A program made the position numbers and the translations under genes. The notes beneath the pieces were generated by a model, which searched no databases, was not told where the DNA came from, and worked only from the letters and a program-made list of their open reading frames with translations. From contig JAGPCO010000022.1 in assembly GCA_018058095.1 (NCBI GenBank), forward strand, positions 3,493 through 67,492: a DNA stretch of 64,000 nt. Direction: 5' to 3'. Shown here one piece after another: positions 13,185 to 21,878 of the stretch. The DNA is from Kofleriaceae bacterium (lineage in GTDB: Bacteria; Myxococcota_A; Polyangia; Haliangiales; Haliangiaceae). Within the stretch, counting starts at the first letter, position 1. Each line of letters begins with the position of its first letter.

Positions 13185-14495
13185 TCACAGGATCTGCGTC
13201 GCCAGCTCGGCCAGGGCCGAGCGCTCGCCCTTGGTCAGCGTGCAGTGGCCGGCGATGGCCTCGGGCTTGAAGCGCTCGGCCACCGTGGTCAGGCCGTTGT
13301 TCGACGAGTCGAGGTACGGGTGGTCGATCTGGTACGGGTCACCGGTGAGGATGATCTTGGTGCCCTCTCCAGCGCGGGTGATGATGGTCTTGACCTCGTG
13401 CGGCGTGAGGTTCTGCGCCTCGTCGACGATCATGAAGACGTTGGGCAGGGAGCGGCCGCGGATGTAGGTCAGCGGCTCGATCTCGACGAAGCCGAGGTCC
13501 ATCAGCTCGGCGTAGCTGCGGCCCTCCTTCTTGTCGGTGCGGTTGAGGCCGAGCAGCAGCTCGAGGTTGTCGTAGATGGGCTGCATCCACGGGTTGAGCT
13601 TCTCCTCGATGTCGCCCGGCAGGTAGCCGATATCGCGCCCGAGCGGGAAGATGGGGCGCGACACCAGCAGCTTGGAGAAGACCTGCTCCTCGGTCACCTT
13701 CTGCAGGCCGGCGGCAATGGCCATCAGCGTCTTGCCAGTGCCGGCCTTGCCGACCAGGGTGACCAGCTTGACGTCGTCGTCGAGCAGGAGGTCGAGCGCG
13801 TAGTGCTGCTCCTTGTTGCGCGGGCGGATGCCCCACACGCCCTCGCGCAGCTTCTTGATGGACTTGACCTTGCCGGTCGGGCGGTCGAAGCGGCCGAGCG
13901 CGCTCTTGCCGGTGGCCTCGTCCTTGAGGCAGACGTACTCGTTGGCGTGGAAGTCAGTGGCCGGGGCGGCCACGGTGCCGTCGGCGTAGAAGGCGTCGAT
14001 CACGCCGGGGCCGACGGTGACCTCGCGGTTGCCCGGGTACAGCTCCTCGATCGAGACCTTCTCCGGCTCGAAGTCGACCGTCGACAGGCCGAGCGCATCG
14101 CCGCGGATGCGCATGTTGACGTCCTTGGTGACCAGGATCGTCGGCGTGCCGGGCTCGGCGTCGCGCACCTCGAGGGCGACCTCGAGGATGCGCTGGTCCA
14201 TCGAGCGCGAGTCGTAGCTGGGGTTCTTGGGCGGCGCCTTGGGCAGCGCGACCCGGACCGTGCCGCCGTTCTTGAGCGGCTGCGGCTTGGCCAGGCCGCC
14301 GTCGGTGCGGTGCTGGTCGAGCAGGCGGGCGATCTGGCGCGCGTTGCGGCCGAGCTCGCTCTGGTCCTTCTTGAAGGTGTCGATCTCCTCGATGACGTAG
14401 ATCGGGATGATCACGTTGTTGTCGGCAAACGCGTAGACCGCCTGCGGATCGTGGAGGAGGACGTTGGTGTCGAACACGTAGTTCTTGACGGCCAC
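13185..14495 (-). CDS. PhoH2-type protein: N-terminal PIN domain fused to PhoH-like ATPase
   Basis: PIN: YVFDTNVLLHDP..IPIYVIEEID. PhoH: Walker A VGKAGTGKT, IFPLGRDIGYLPGDIEEK, FMIVDEAQNLTPHE, ILTGDPYQID. The start is uncertain: GTG 14495 is preferred and the outermost ORF-track start is 14546. Confidence 0.9.
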   Translation of the reverse strand: MAVKNYVFDTNVLLHDPQAVYAFADNNVIIPIYVIEEIDTFKKDQSELGRNARQIARLLDQHRTDGGLAKPQPLKNGGTVRVALPKAPPKNPSYDSRSMDQRILEVALEVRDAEPGTPTILVTKDVNMRIRGDALGLSTVDFEPEKVSIEELYPGNREVTVGPGVIDAFYADGTVAAPATDFHANEYVCLKDEATGKSALGRFDRPTGKVKSIKKLREGVWGIRPRNKEQHYALDLLLDDDVKLVTLVGKAGTGKTLMAIAAGLQKVTEEQVFSKLLVSRPIFPLGRDIGYLPGDIEEKLNPWMQPIYDNLELLLGLNRTDKKEGRSYAELMDLGFVEIEPLTYIRGRSLPNVFMIVDEAQNLTPHEVKTIITRAGEGTKIILTGDPYQIDHPYLDSSNNGLTTVAERFKPEAIAGHCTLTKGERSALAELATQIL

Positions 14496-14655
14496 GACGC
14501 GATGATTGAGGCCGGATCGACCCCTGTCAAACCGACCCGCCCACAAACGCCGTCGTCGGGGATCGAACCACGCGGCGCGTCAGGTCGGGCCGACGATGCG
14601 CGATTGTCGCCGCCGGTGCTGCGGCCGGCGCCGTCGAGCGGTAGCCTCCTGGGCC

Positions 14656-15870
14656 GTGCCGAACTGGCTGTACCTCGTCCTGACCGTGCCGACGGTGTCG
14701 GCCTTCATCGGCTGGCTGACCAACTGGCAGGCGGTGAAGATGATCTTCTGGCCGCCGACGCCGCGCGGCTGGGGCCCGCTGCGCTGGCAGGCCATCATCT
14801 ATCACCACGCCGACAAGTTCGCGACCAACCTCGGCAACATCGCCGAGCGCGACCTGATGAACGGCAAGGACCTGGCCGGCAAGCTCGACGCCGAGGCCAT
14901 CGAGCGCGAGTTCGGGCCGCTGCTCGACGCCGAGGTGCCGGCGCTGGTGGCCGAGGCGGCCGACAAGCTGATGCCGGGCGCGTGGGCCAAGGTGCCGGCG
15001 CCGATGCAGGCGATGATCGTCGAGCAGGTCAAGACCCGGACCCGGGCGGTGTCGAAGGACGTCACCGCCGAGATCCAGCGCATCATCGGCGAGTGCATCG
15101 ACGTCAAGGCGCTGGTGCACGGCCAGCTCAGCGGCGGCAACGTCGACCGCCTGGCCCGCCTGACCAAGGAGATCGGGCGCAAGGAGTTCTTCTTCATCGA
15201 GTGGTCGGGCGGCCTGTTCGGCGCGCTCATCGGCTTCGGCCAGATCTTCGTCTGGGACGCGTTCCAGATCTGGTGGATCATGCCGATCTTCGGCGTCATC
15301 GTCGGCCTCATCACCAACTGGCTGGCGCTGCAGATGATCTTCCGCCCGTACGAGCGGAAACGGTACCTCGGCCTCTTCCCGTACCAGGGCCTGTTCCCGA
15401 AGCGGCAGCCGGAGATCGCGCGCGACTACGGCCGCACCACGGCGACCGAGATCTTGACCGCGCACAACGTGATCGAGAGCCTGGTCACCGGCGAGCGCGG
15501 CGCCCACCTCGACCGCGAGCTGCGGCGCGTGCTTTCGGAGCGCATCGACCGCGAGTGGGATCAGGTCAAGGGGCTGGTGCCGCTGCCGGTCAGCGCCGAG
15601 CAGCTGGCGACTCTCAAGGACCTCATCGCCGACCGCATGCTGGTGCTGGCGGTGCGGCTGCGGCCGCAGGTCGAGAAGCTGCTCGACGACAAGCTCGAGG
15701 TGCGGCAGACGGTCGAGCGGCGCCTCGGCGGCCTGTCCAAGCCGGAGTTCGAGCGCATGCTGCGCGGCGTGTTCCAGGAGGACGAGCTCACCCTCATCAT
15801 CATCGGCGGCGTCCTCGGCGGCGCCGTCGGCGCCCTGCAGGCCGCCCTGGTCCTCGCCGGCGTCGGCTGA
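14656..15870 (+). CDS. DUF445-family membrane protein
   Basis: Track ORF 14506..15870; the likely start is GTG 14656 (VPNWLYLVLTVP). IGWLTNWQAVKMIF, a second GLITNWLALQMIFRP, FPYQGLFPKRQ and the C-terminal hydrophobic stretch IIGGVLGGAVG. Confidence 0.75.
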   Translation: MPNWLYLVLTVPTVSAFIGWLTNWQAVKMIFWPPTPRGWGPLRWQAIIYHHADKFATNLGNIAERDLMNGKDLAGKLDAEAIEREFGPLLDAEVPALVAEAADKLMPGAWAKVPAPMQAMIVEQVKTRTRAVSKDVTAEIQRIIGECIDVKALVHGQLSGGNVDRLARLTKEIGRKEFFFIEWSGGLFGALIGFGQIFVWDAFQIWWIMPIFGVIVGLITNWLALQMIFRPYERKRYLGLFPYQGLFPKRQPEIARDYGRTTATEILTAHNVIESLVTGERGAHLDRELRRVLSERIDREWDQVKGLVPLPVSAEQLATLKDLIADRMLVLAVRLRPQVEKLLDDKLEVRQTVERRLGGLSKPEFERMLRGVFQEDELTLIIIGGVLGGAVGALQAALVLAGVG

Positions 15871-16120
15871 CCCGAGCCTTTCGGCTCCTTCCGCCCACTT
15901 GCGCCGCCGCCTGTCCGGCCACCCGGACACTGCGCGTCCGGCCGTCCGGCCCTCGCCCACTCCCGGACAACGCGCCCCAGTCATTCCCGCCGCTTGGCCG
16001 CGCAGGTGCGCACCAGCCCCTTCCCTGATCAGGTCGGCACGACGTGATCATGCGACGTGATCATGGGGCACGACGTGATCATGAGGGGTCGGCACGACGT
16101 GATCATGGGAGGTCGGCACG
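15871..16120 (+). repeat. copy A of a ~190-nt post-stop-codon element, plus its short-repeat tail
   Basis: Starts directly after the TGA at 15868-15870. Shares conserved blocks with copies at 17837 and 18224: CCCGAGCCTTTCGGC, CACTTGCGC, GTCCGG-N4-CCGGAC, CGCCCACTCCCGGACA, CCCCAGTCATTCC, CTGATCAGGTCGGCACGAC. Confidence 0.8.
16040..16107 (+). repeat. four copies of the 13-mer CGACGTGATCATG (near-palindromic TGATCA core)
   Basis: Exact copies at 16040-16052, 16053-16065, 16071-16083 and 16095-16107, about 170 nt upstream of the metalloprotease start. Confidence 0.85.
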
Positions 16121-16273
16121 GCACGACGAGGCGACGGGACTTCAGGTCTTGCGCCCAGTTGGCGGTGCTGGCGACCGCATTGGCCGGTGCTAGCTGCGGT
16201 CGGCGGGCTCCCGCGTCGAGTGGCGCAAATCGACCGCTGGCAGCTCGGCACGCGGCGTGCTGAGGCTGCCGGC

Positions 16274-17836
16274 ATGAGCAAGCTCCTCGCGCTGTCCGCC
16301 CTCCTGTCCCTGTGTGCCACCGCCGCCTGCGTGTCCGCGGAGGAGACGCCCGACGACCCGTCGTGTAACGGCGGCAAATGCGACGACGCCTCACAAAGCT
16401 GCGCCGACCCGGGCTACGGCGACGGGGTGTGCCAGCCGGTCCTCACGTGCGAGGTGCCCGACCTCGACTGCTTCCAGACCGCGACCAGCGACGAGGACGC
16501 GATCGCCTGGTTCTCGGCTCTCGAGATGCGGCTCGCGGCCGAGGAGCAGCGCGCGCCGCGCAACATCCTGGCCCCATCCGACCCGCGTGCGGCCAAGGCC
16601 CGAGCCTGGCTCGACCAGGCCTGGCAGCTGTTCCGCCGGCACCGCCCGGTCGGCGCGCTCGCGGGCCGGCACGTCGGCCTGGTCGTCATCGACGACCCGA
16701 GCCCGAACGCGTTCGTGGCACCGGAGATCGGCGGGCTCGGCCGCTCGGTCCTGGTGGTGATGGTGCACACCGGGCTGCTCGCGTCCCCTGACCACGGCGC
16801 GGTGGCCATCATGATGCACGAGCTGCAGCACGCGGTCGGGCTCCACCTCATCCCGGGCGGCAAGGACCGGATGCGCCGCTTCTACGTCAACCAGACGGAG
16901 GACGGCGAGGACGTCGGCCGCCTACAGGCGGAGGACGTGTTCGCCGCCGAGAGCGGCGGGCGCTGGCGCCACCTCGCCGCCAAGGTCGGTCCGTTCGCCG
17001 ACGCGGCTCTCGGTGGGCTGCCACTGCGGGGGATGCCGAAGCAGGTGCTGGACTACGCGGTCCAGCTCGGCGCCATGGTCAACCCGACCGGCTGCGCGCA
17101 GGCCCGGAGCGCCACCGCCCAGGCGCTGGCGCAGCTGCGCACCGGGATCGATCCCCTCACCTCGGCGCTGACCGTGCCAGTCGGCTTCTCGGGCGACGCG
17201 GTGCTGGCCATCGCCCGCGACAGCTGCCTGGCTGGCGTGACCAACAGCTTCGTCGAGTTCGGCGCCAGCGCCTTTGGGGTGACGCCGGAGGTGTTCGCGC
17301 AGAACCTGACGGCCGAGGAGCTGGCGCTGGTGAGCGGGCGCCACGTCGTCGACGCGGTGGCCGCGCTGACCGGCGCCGCGCGGGCGCAGATGCGACAAGA
17401 GGTCGCCGACTTCGAGCAGCTGCACGCGCGCGGCTGGAACAACCTCCGCTACTTCTCGTACGAGGAGGACGCCGATGACGTCGGCGCGGTGGTGGCGCGG
17501 GACGCCGGGATGGACACGTCGGCGATGGCCGACGGGCTGCTCGAGAACCTGCTCGGGCCGGCCGATCGCGAGCGGTGCACGGCGCTGCTCGACGCCGGCC
17601 AGCTCCCGCCGTACGGCGCCGACCTGTCCGACGAGCACCACGCGACGTGCTGGCGCGCCCACCACGCGCGGCAGCTGGCCGAGAGCGACCTCGGTCTGCG
17701 CCGGCGGTCGACCGCGGCTCGCCCCGCCGCCCGCGCCGCCGTCGGCGCTGCCGGTGGGCGCTACGCCGACGACGTCCGCCTGACCGACCTGTTGTCGCAC
17801 CGGTCCCGTCGCGCCCCCGCCGGCCCCGGCTTCTAG
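16274..17836 (+). CDS. HExxH zinc metalloprotease-like lipoprotein
   Basis: Track ORF 16187..17836 trimmed to ATG 16274 (MSKLLALSALLSLCATAAC lipobox). Cys-rich N-terminal segment, AIMMHELQHAVGLH motif and NAFVAP upstream as in M48-like peptidases. Confidence 0.7.
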   Translation: MSKLLALSALLSLCATAACVSAEETPDDPSCNGGKCDDASQSCADPGYGDGVCQPVLTCEVPDLDCFQTATSDEDAIAWFSALEMRLAAEEQRAPRNILAPSDPRAAKARAWLDQAWQLFRRHRPVGALAGRHVGLVVIDDPSPNAFVAPEIGGLGRSVLVVMVHTGLLASPDHGAVAIMMHELQHAVGLHLIPGGKDRMRRFYVNQTEDGEDVGRLQAEDVFAAESGGRWRHLAAKVGPFADAALGGLPLRGMPKQVLDYAVQLGAMVNPTGCAQARSATAQALAQLRTGIDPLTSALTVPVGFSGDAVLAIARDSCLAGVTNSFVEFGASAFGVTPEVFAQNLTAEELALVSGRHVVDAVAALTGAARAQMRQEVADFEQLHARGWNNLRYFSYEEDADDVGAVVARDAGMDTSAMADGLLENLLGPADRERCTALLDAGQLPPYGADLSDEHHATCWRAHHARQLAESDLGLRRRSTAARPAARAAVGAAGGRYADDVRLTDLLSHRSRRAPAGPGF

Positions 17837-18164
17837 CCCGCCGCCCGAGCCTTTCGGCGCCTTCCGCGCACTTGCGCTCCACCCCGTCCGGCCCACCGGA
17901 CAACCCGCGTCCGACCGTCCGGACCCCGCCCACTCCCGGACACCTCGCCCCAGTCATTCCAACCGCTTGCCGCCGCGGGCTCACCGCCGAGCCGCTCCTG
18001 ATCAGGTCGGCACGACATGATCGCTGCGGCCGCCGCGGGCTCACCGCCGAGCCGCTCCTGATCAGGTCGGCACGACATGATCGCTGCGACATGATCGCTG
18101 CGGCACGACATGATCGCTGCGCCGCACGACATGATCGCTGCGGTCGGCACGACATGATCGCTGC
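17837..18164 (+). repeat. copy B1 of the post-stop element plus nested 60-nt and 14-17-nt tandem repeats
   Basis: Core 17837-18027. A 60-nt unit (GCCGCCGCGGGCTCACCGCCGAGCCGCTCCTGATCAGGTCGGCACGACATGATCGCTGCG) is repeated at 17969 and 18029. Then (CAC)GACATGATCGCTGC units occur at 18088, 18104, 18125 and 18148. Confidence 0.85.
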
Positions 18165-18223
18165 GCCTGACCGACCTGTCGTCGCACCGGTCCCGTCGCG
18201 CCCCCGCCGGCCCCGGCTTCTAG
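18165..18223 (+). pseudogene. duplicated 3'-terminal fragment (last 56 nt plus TAG) of the metalloprotease gene
   Basis: 18165-18223 matches 17778-17836 at an offset of 387 nt with one mismatch (TTG to TCG). There is no upstream coding context. Confidence 0.8.
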
Positions 18224-18612
18224 CCCGCCGCCCGAGCCTTTCGGCGCCTTCCGCGCACTTGCGCTCCACCCCGTCCGGCCCACCGGACAACCCGCGTCCG
18301 ACCGTCCGGCCCCCGCCCACTCCCGGACACCTCGCCCCAGTCATTCCAACCGCTTGCCGCCGCGGGCTCACCGCCGAGCCGCTCCTGATCAGGTCGGCAC
18401 GACATGATCGCTGCTCCTGATCAGGTCGGCACGACATGATCGCTGCGACATGATCGCTGCGGCCGAGCCGCTCCTGATCAGGTCGGCACGACATGATCGC
18501 TGCGGCGCACGACATGATCGCTGCGCCGCCGCGGGCTCACCGCCGAGCCGCTCCTGATCAGGTCGGCACGACATGATCGCTGGGGATCAGGTCGGCACGA
18601 CGTGATCGCTGC
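18224..18612 (+). repeat. copy B2 of the post-stop element plus a rearranged short-repeat tail
   Basis: Core 18224-18414 differs from B1 by one base that I could see. The tail carries 7 further (CAC)GAC(A/G)TGATCGCTG(C/G) units, interspersed with CTCCTGATCAGGTCGG and GCCGAGCCG pieces. Confidence 0.85.
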
Positions 18613-18631
18613 GTGGCGCGAAGGGGCCATC

Positions 18632-19048
18632 TTACGTGGCGCCGGACACCAGCGAGTCGGGGTTGCGTGGTGACCGGGTCCACGCTTCGAGCGCGAGACC
18701 CGCGACGACGATCAGGCTGGCTGGAAACAGGAGCGAAGGCCCAGCCGCCCCCCAGAGGGCGATCGCAGCGAGTGGCGCTAGCCCGAGGCCGAGCAAGGTG
18801 GTCCGGCGAACCCACCTGGTCTGCCGTCCGAGCAGGCCGGCCACCATGCCCCACAGGCTGCCAACGATCCCGCCCAGGATCCCCCCATACACGAATAGGA
18901 AGCCCCAGAGATCGAGCGACCACCCGTCGGCATCCTCCTTGGCCCTGGCGTCGAGTTCACTGCCGACCAGCCCGAAGATGAAGATGGCGGCGATCGTCAC
19001 GACCGCGCCGACGAGCCAAGCACGAGTCGGTTTCGAAGGTTCACCCAT
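18632..19048 (-). CDS. small integral membrane protein
   Basis: Track ORF 18632..19084 trimmed to ATG 19048. Four hydrophobic segments (e.g. AWLVGAVVTIAAIFIFGLV, WGFLFVYGGILGGIVGSLWGMVAGLL). The locus is locally AT-richer. Confidence 0.5.
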   Translation of the reverse strand: MGEPSKPTRAWLVGAVVTIAAIFIFGLVGSELDARAKEDADGWSLDLWGFLFVYGGILGGIVGSLWGMVAGLLGRQTRWVRRTTLLGLGLAPLAAIALWGAAGPSLLFPASLIVVAGLALEAWTRSPRNPDSLVSGAT

Positions 19049-19256
19049 GTGCGCCGTCCTGGTAGCCGAGACTTGTGCCCGCACCGGGACGCTATGCCGA
19101 GAGCACGAGGCCGACTACTGACACCTCCCGCCACGACATCTTGCCGGGTGCGCCAACGGCGCGTGGTGCCAGACCGGTGTGACCCAGGCCTGGCGTGCGC
19201 GGGGATCCACGGCACCGGCCGCCCGTGGCCGCAGGCGCGCCGCTGAGGCGCCGCCG

Positions 19257-21470
19257 CTACGACGCCTTCTTGACGTCGCCGCGAGCGCGCGCGGCCAGCA
19301 GCTCGGCGTAGGTCACGACCTGGTTCCGGCCGCTGTGCTTGGCGTGGTAGAGGGCGAGGTCGGCCCGCTCGATCAGGGTGGCGCGGTCGCGGCCGTCCTC
19401 GGGGAAGGCGGCCACGCCGATCGATTCGGTGATGCGGAGCGGGCCCTTCTCGGTCTCGACCACCATCTTGGCGATCTCCTGCCGCATGCGCTCGGCCACC
19501 GAGCGGGCCTGGGCCAGGTCGGCGTTGTCGAGGACGACGGCGAACTCCTCGCCGCCGTAGCGGGCGGTGATGTCGATCTTGCGCGCCACGTCCTGCAGCA
19601 CCTTGGCGACCCGGCGCAGCACCTCGTCGCCGATGGGGTGGCCGTAGTTGTCGTTGACCTTCTTGAAGTGGTCGACGTCGCACAGGAGCACCGCGGCCTT
19701 GTGGCCGTGCCGGGCCGCGCGCTCGAGCAGGTCGCCGAAGCGCTCCTGGAAGGCGCGGTGGTTGGTCAGCCCGGTCAGGCCGTCGGTCGTCGCCATCGTC
19801 TCCATCTTGCGATAGAGGAACCCGTTCTGCAGGGCGACCGCGACCTGGTTGGCGATGACCGACAGCATCTCGCGCACGTCCTTGCCGAAGCGCTTCTCGC
19901 TGCGCGACACCAGGGCCAGGGTGCCGATGGCCTCGTCGGCCACCAGCAGCGGCAGCACCAGCAGCGAGCGCGCCTCGTCGAGGCGGATCTTGCGCGTGTA
20001 CACCGGCGCGGTCACCTCGCGCGGCTCGCCGCCGGCCGGCAGGTAGTGCTTGTTCTTGACGACCATCGACGCCAGCCCGGCGTTGTCCTTGAACTCGAGG
20101 CCGAGCAGCGCGTCCTTGTCGGCCAGCTCGGCGCCGCGCTCGCCGATACGCACGGCGTCGACCCGGTGCTTCTTCTTGTCGCGGTCGTACAGCGACACCA
20201 CGCCGACGTCGTAGTCGGCGATGGCGGCGCAGGCGTCGAACGCGGTCTCCATGACCTGCTCGGGGGTGAGGGCCCGGCCCAGCAGCGAGGCGGCCTGGTA
20301 GAACCGCTCGTACTCGTACTTGGCGCGCTCGACGGCGCGAAACACCTGCTCGCCCTGCACGGTGCGCAGCACCTGCGACGCGGCCATGGCCAGGAGGTCG
20401 CGGCTGCCCTCCTCGAACGGGCGGCCGCGATCGGCGCACAAGACGCCGCGCAGGTGCGGCCCCTCGCACACCGGCACCGCCACCACCGAGGCGCCGGCGT
20501 GGCCGGCGGCGTAGTACGGCAGCTGCCCGGCCTTGACCGCGGCCAGGAGCAGCGGCGCGCGGTCGCGCACGACGGCGCCGAGCACGCCGGCGCCGCCCAT
20601 CGCGCCCGGCTCGCGCACGTCGTCGCAGTCGGTCGCCAGCTCGCGCAGCTTGAGCTGCTCGCCGCCGTCGTCGAGCCAGAGCAGCGCCACGGTGTCGGCC
20701 TCGAGCGAGCGCTTGACGGTGCCGAGGATCCACACGGTGGCGTCGGTGATGAGCTCGACCGAGCCGACCGCGAGCAGGCGCTCCTCCTCGTCGCGCCCGC
20801 GCTGGGCCCGGCTGCTGGGGCCGAGCGCGGAGGTCATCAGCCGGTAGTCGCGCGCGCTGTCGGCGAAGGCGCGCAGCTCGGCATCGACTCGGCGAGTCCG
20901 GCGCCGGCGCGCGCGCGCGACCAGCCCGCGCAGCAAGAGGGCGTGGGCGGCGGCGGCGCCGACCAGGAAGGCGACGTGTAGCGCGGCCGGGATGGCGGCG
21001 GCGCGCAGGTCGGGCTGGCGCGCCCACAGCGCCGCCTCGAGCACGACGGCGGCGCCGACGGCGGCCCACGCGCCCGGCCGGGCCATCACCGTGACCGCGA
21101 ACGCGATCAGCCCGTACAGCACCGGGTAGGCCGGCGAGGCCAGGCCGCCGGTCAGCGCGATCACCGCGTGCGCGCCGGCGACCAGCGCCAGCGCCAGCTC
21201 GACGTCGGCGAAGTCGACCGCGCTGCGCAGCCAGAACGACACCCGCTGCGCCCGCGCCGACGACGGCACGAACCGGACCCGGCGCGCCACCGCGGCCATC
21301 ACCACCAGCAGCAGGCCGACCAGCGCCGCCACCTCGTGCGGGCGCGGCGCCCCCGGCCGGGTCAGCACCTGGTCGAGCACGCCGGTGGCCAGCACCGCAC
21401 ACCCGGCCACGGCCAGGCCGGCGCCGGAGGCGACCCGCACGGCGCGGCGGGCGGCGCGGCGCAGGCTCAC
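19257..21470 (-). CDS. membrane-anchored diguanylate cyclase: multi-TM N-terminus, two GAF-like domains, GGDEF
   Basis: Track ORF 19257..21755 trimmed to GTG 21470, which has a GTGA overlap with the upstream gene. TGLTNHRAF, DVDHFKKVNDNYGH and RYGGEEF (19541-19560), with RKID five residues upstream (I-site RxxD). Confidence 0.9.
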   Translation of the reverse strand: MSLRRAARRAVRVASGAGLAVAGCAVLATGVLDQVLTRPGAPRPHEVAALVGLLLVVMAAVARRVRFVPSSARAQRVSFWLRSAVDFADVELALALVAGAHAVIALTGGLASPAYPVLYGLIAFAVTVMARPGAWAAVGAAVVLEAALWARQPDLRAAAIPAALHVAFLVGAAAAHALLLRGLVARARRRRTRRVDAELRAFADSARDYRLMTSALGPSSRAQRGRDEEERLLAVGSVELITDATVWILGTVKRSLEADTVALLWLDDGGEQLKLRELATDCDDVREPGAMGGAGVLGAVVRDRAPLLLAAVKAGQLPYYAAGHAGASVVAVPVCEGPHLRGVLCADRGRPFEEGSRDLLAMAASQVLRTVQGEQVFRAVERAKYEYERFYQAASLLGRALTPEQVMETAFDACAAIADYDVGVVSLYDRDKKKHRVDAVRIGERGAELADKDALLGLEFKDNAGLASMVVKNKHYLPAGGEPREVTAPVYTRKIRLDEARSLLVLPLLVADEAIGTLALVSRSEKRFGKDVREMLSVIANQVAVALQNGFLYRKMETMATTDGLTGLTNHRAFQERFGDLLERAARHGHKAAVLLCDVDHFKKVNDNYGHPIGDEVLRRVAKVLQDVARKIDITARYGGEEFAVVLDNADLAQARSVAERMRQEIAKMVVETEKGPLRITESIGVAAFPEDGRDRATLIERADLALYHAKHSGRNQVVTYAELLAARARGDVKKAS

Positions 21471-21772
21471 CGCGCCCCCGTCGGCGGCAGCCGCAGCACC
21501 AGCTCGTCGGGGTAGACCAGGCCGAGCTCGTCGCGCGCGACCGCCTCGATCGCCGCCGGGTCGCGCCGCAGCGCCAGGGCCTGCCGGCGCGCCAGCTCGT
21601 TGGCGCGCTCGACCGCGCGCAGCTCGGTCTCGGCCGTGCGGATCTGCTGGTGCAGCCGGGCCACCCGATCGTCGTCGTCCCACAACCGATCGGAGTTGGC
21701 GAGCAGCATGGCGATCACCGCGGCCAGACCCCCGCGGGTGAGCCATCGGCGCCACGCCGGGGGCACGTGCAT
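21467..21772 (-). CDS. ftsB: FtsB/DivIC-like septum formation initiator
   Basis: One N-terminal TM helix (GGLAAVIAMLLA), a coiled-coil segment and DPAAIEAVARDELGLVYPDEL, typical of FtsB. An alternative GTG start is at 21793. Confidence 0.65.
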   Translation of the reverse strand: MHVPPAWRRWLTRGGLAAVIAMLLANSDRLWDDDDRVARLHQQIRTAETELRAVERANELARRQALALRRDPAAIEAVARDELGLVYPDELVLRLPPTGAR

Positions 21773-21878
21773 GTCAGCCAGCACCTTGCGCACCGTGGCC
21801 CCACGCTAGGGGGCCGTGCGCGCCCGGGCAACTTTCGGCCCGCGCCCTGGGCCCTGTCGTGTAGGGTACTTGCCCACC

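Noticed and set aside
15800-18405. Small minus-strand ORFs inside the repeat elements (15800..16051, 17833..18150, 18220..18405) sharing 'SCRPDQ...NDWG..SGSGRGPDGRTR'
   Set aside because: The shared peptide follows automatically from nucleotide conservation. Differences between copy A and the B copies are not concentrated at third codon positions. The products are Arg/Gly-rich, and their starts lie in the variable repeat tail. I kept this as a non-coding element, but Ribo-seq could revisit it.
17960-18612. Possible CRISPR array suggested by many copies of a ~17-33 nt repeat
   Set aside because: The repeats abut or overlap one another at irregular spacing (14-60 nt). The intervening pieces are themselves repeated, so there are no unique spacers. 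No cas genes or leader are present. It is better described as nested tandem repeats.
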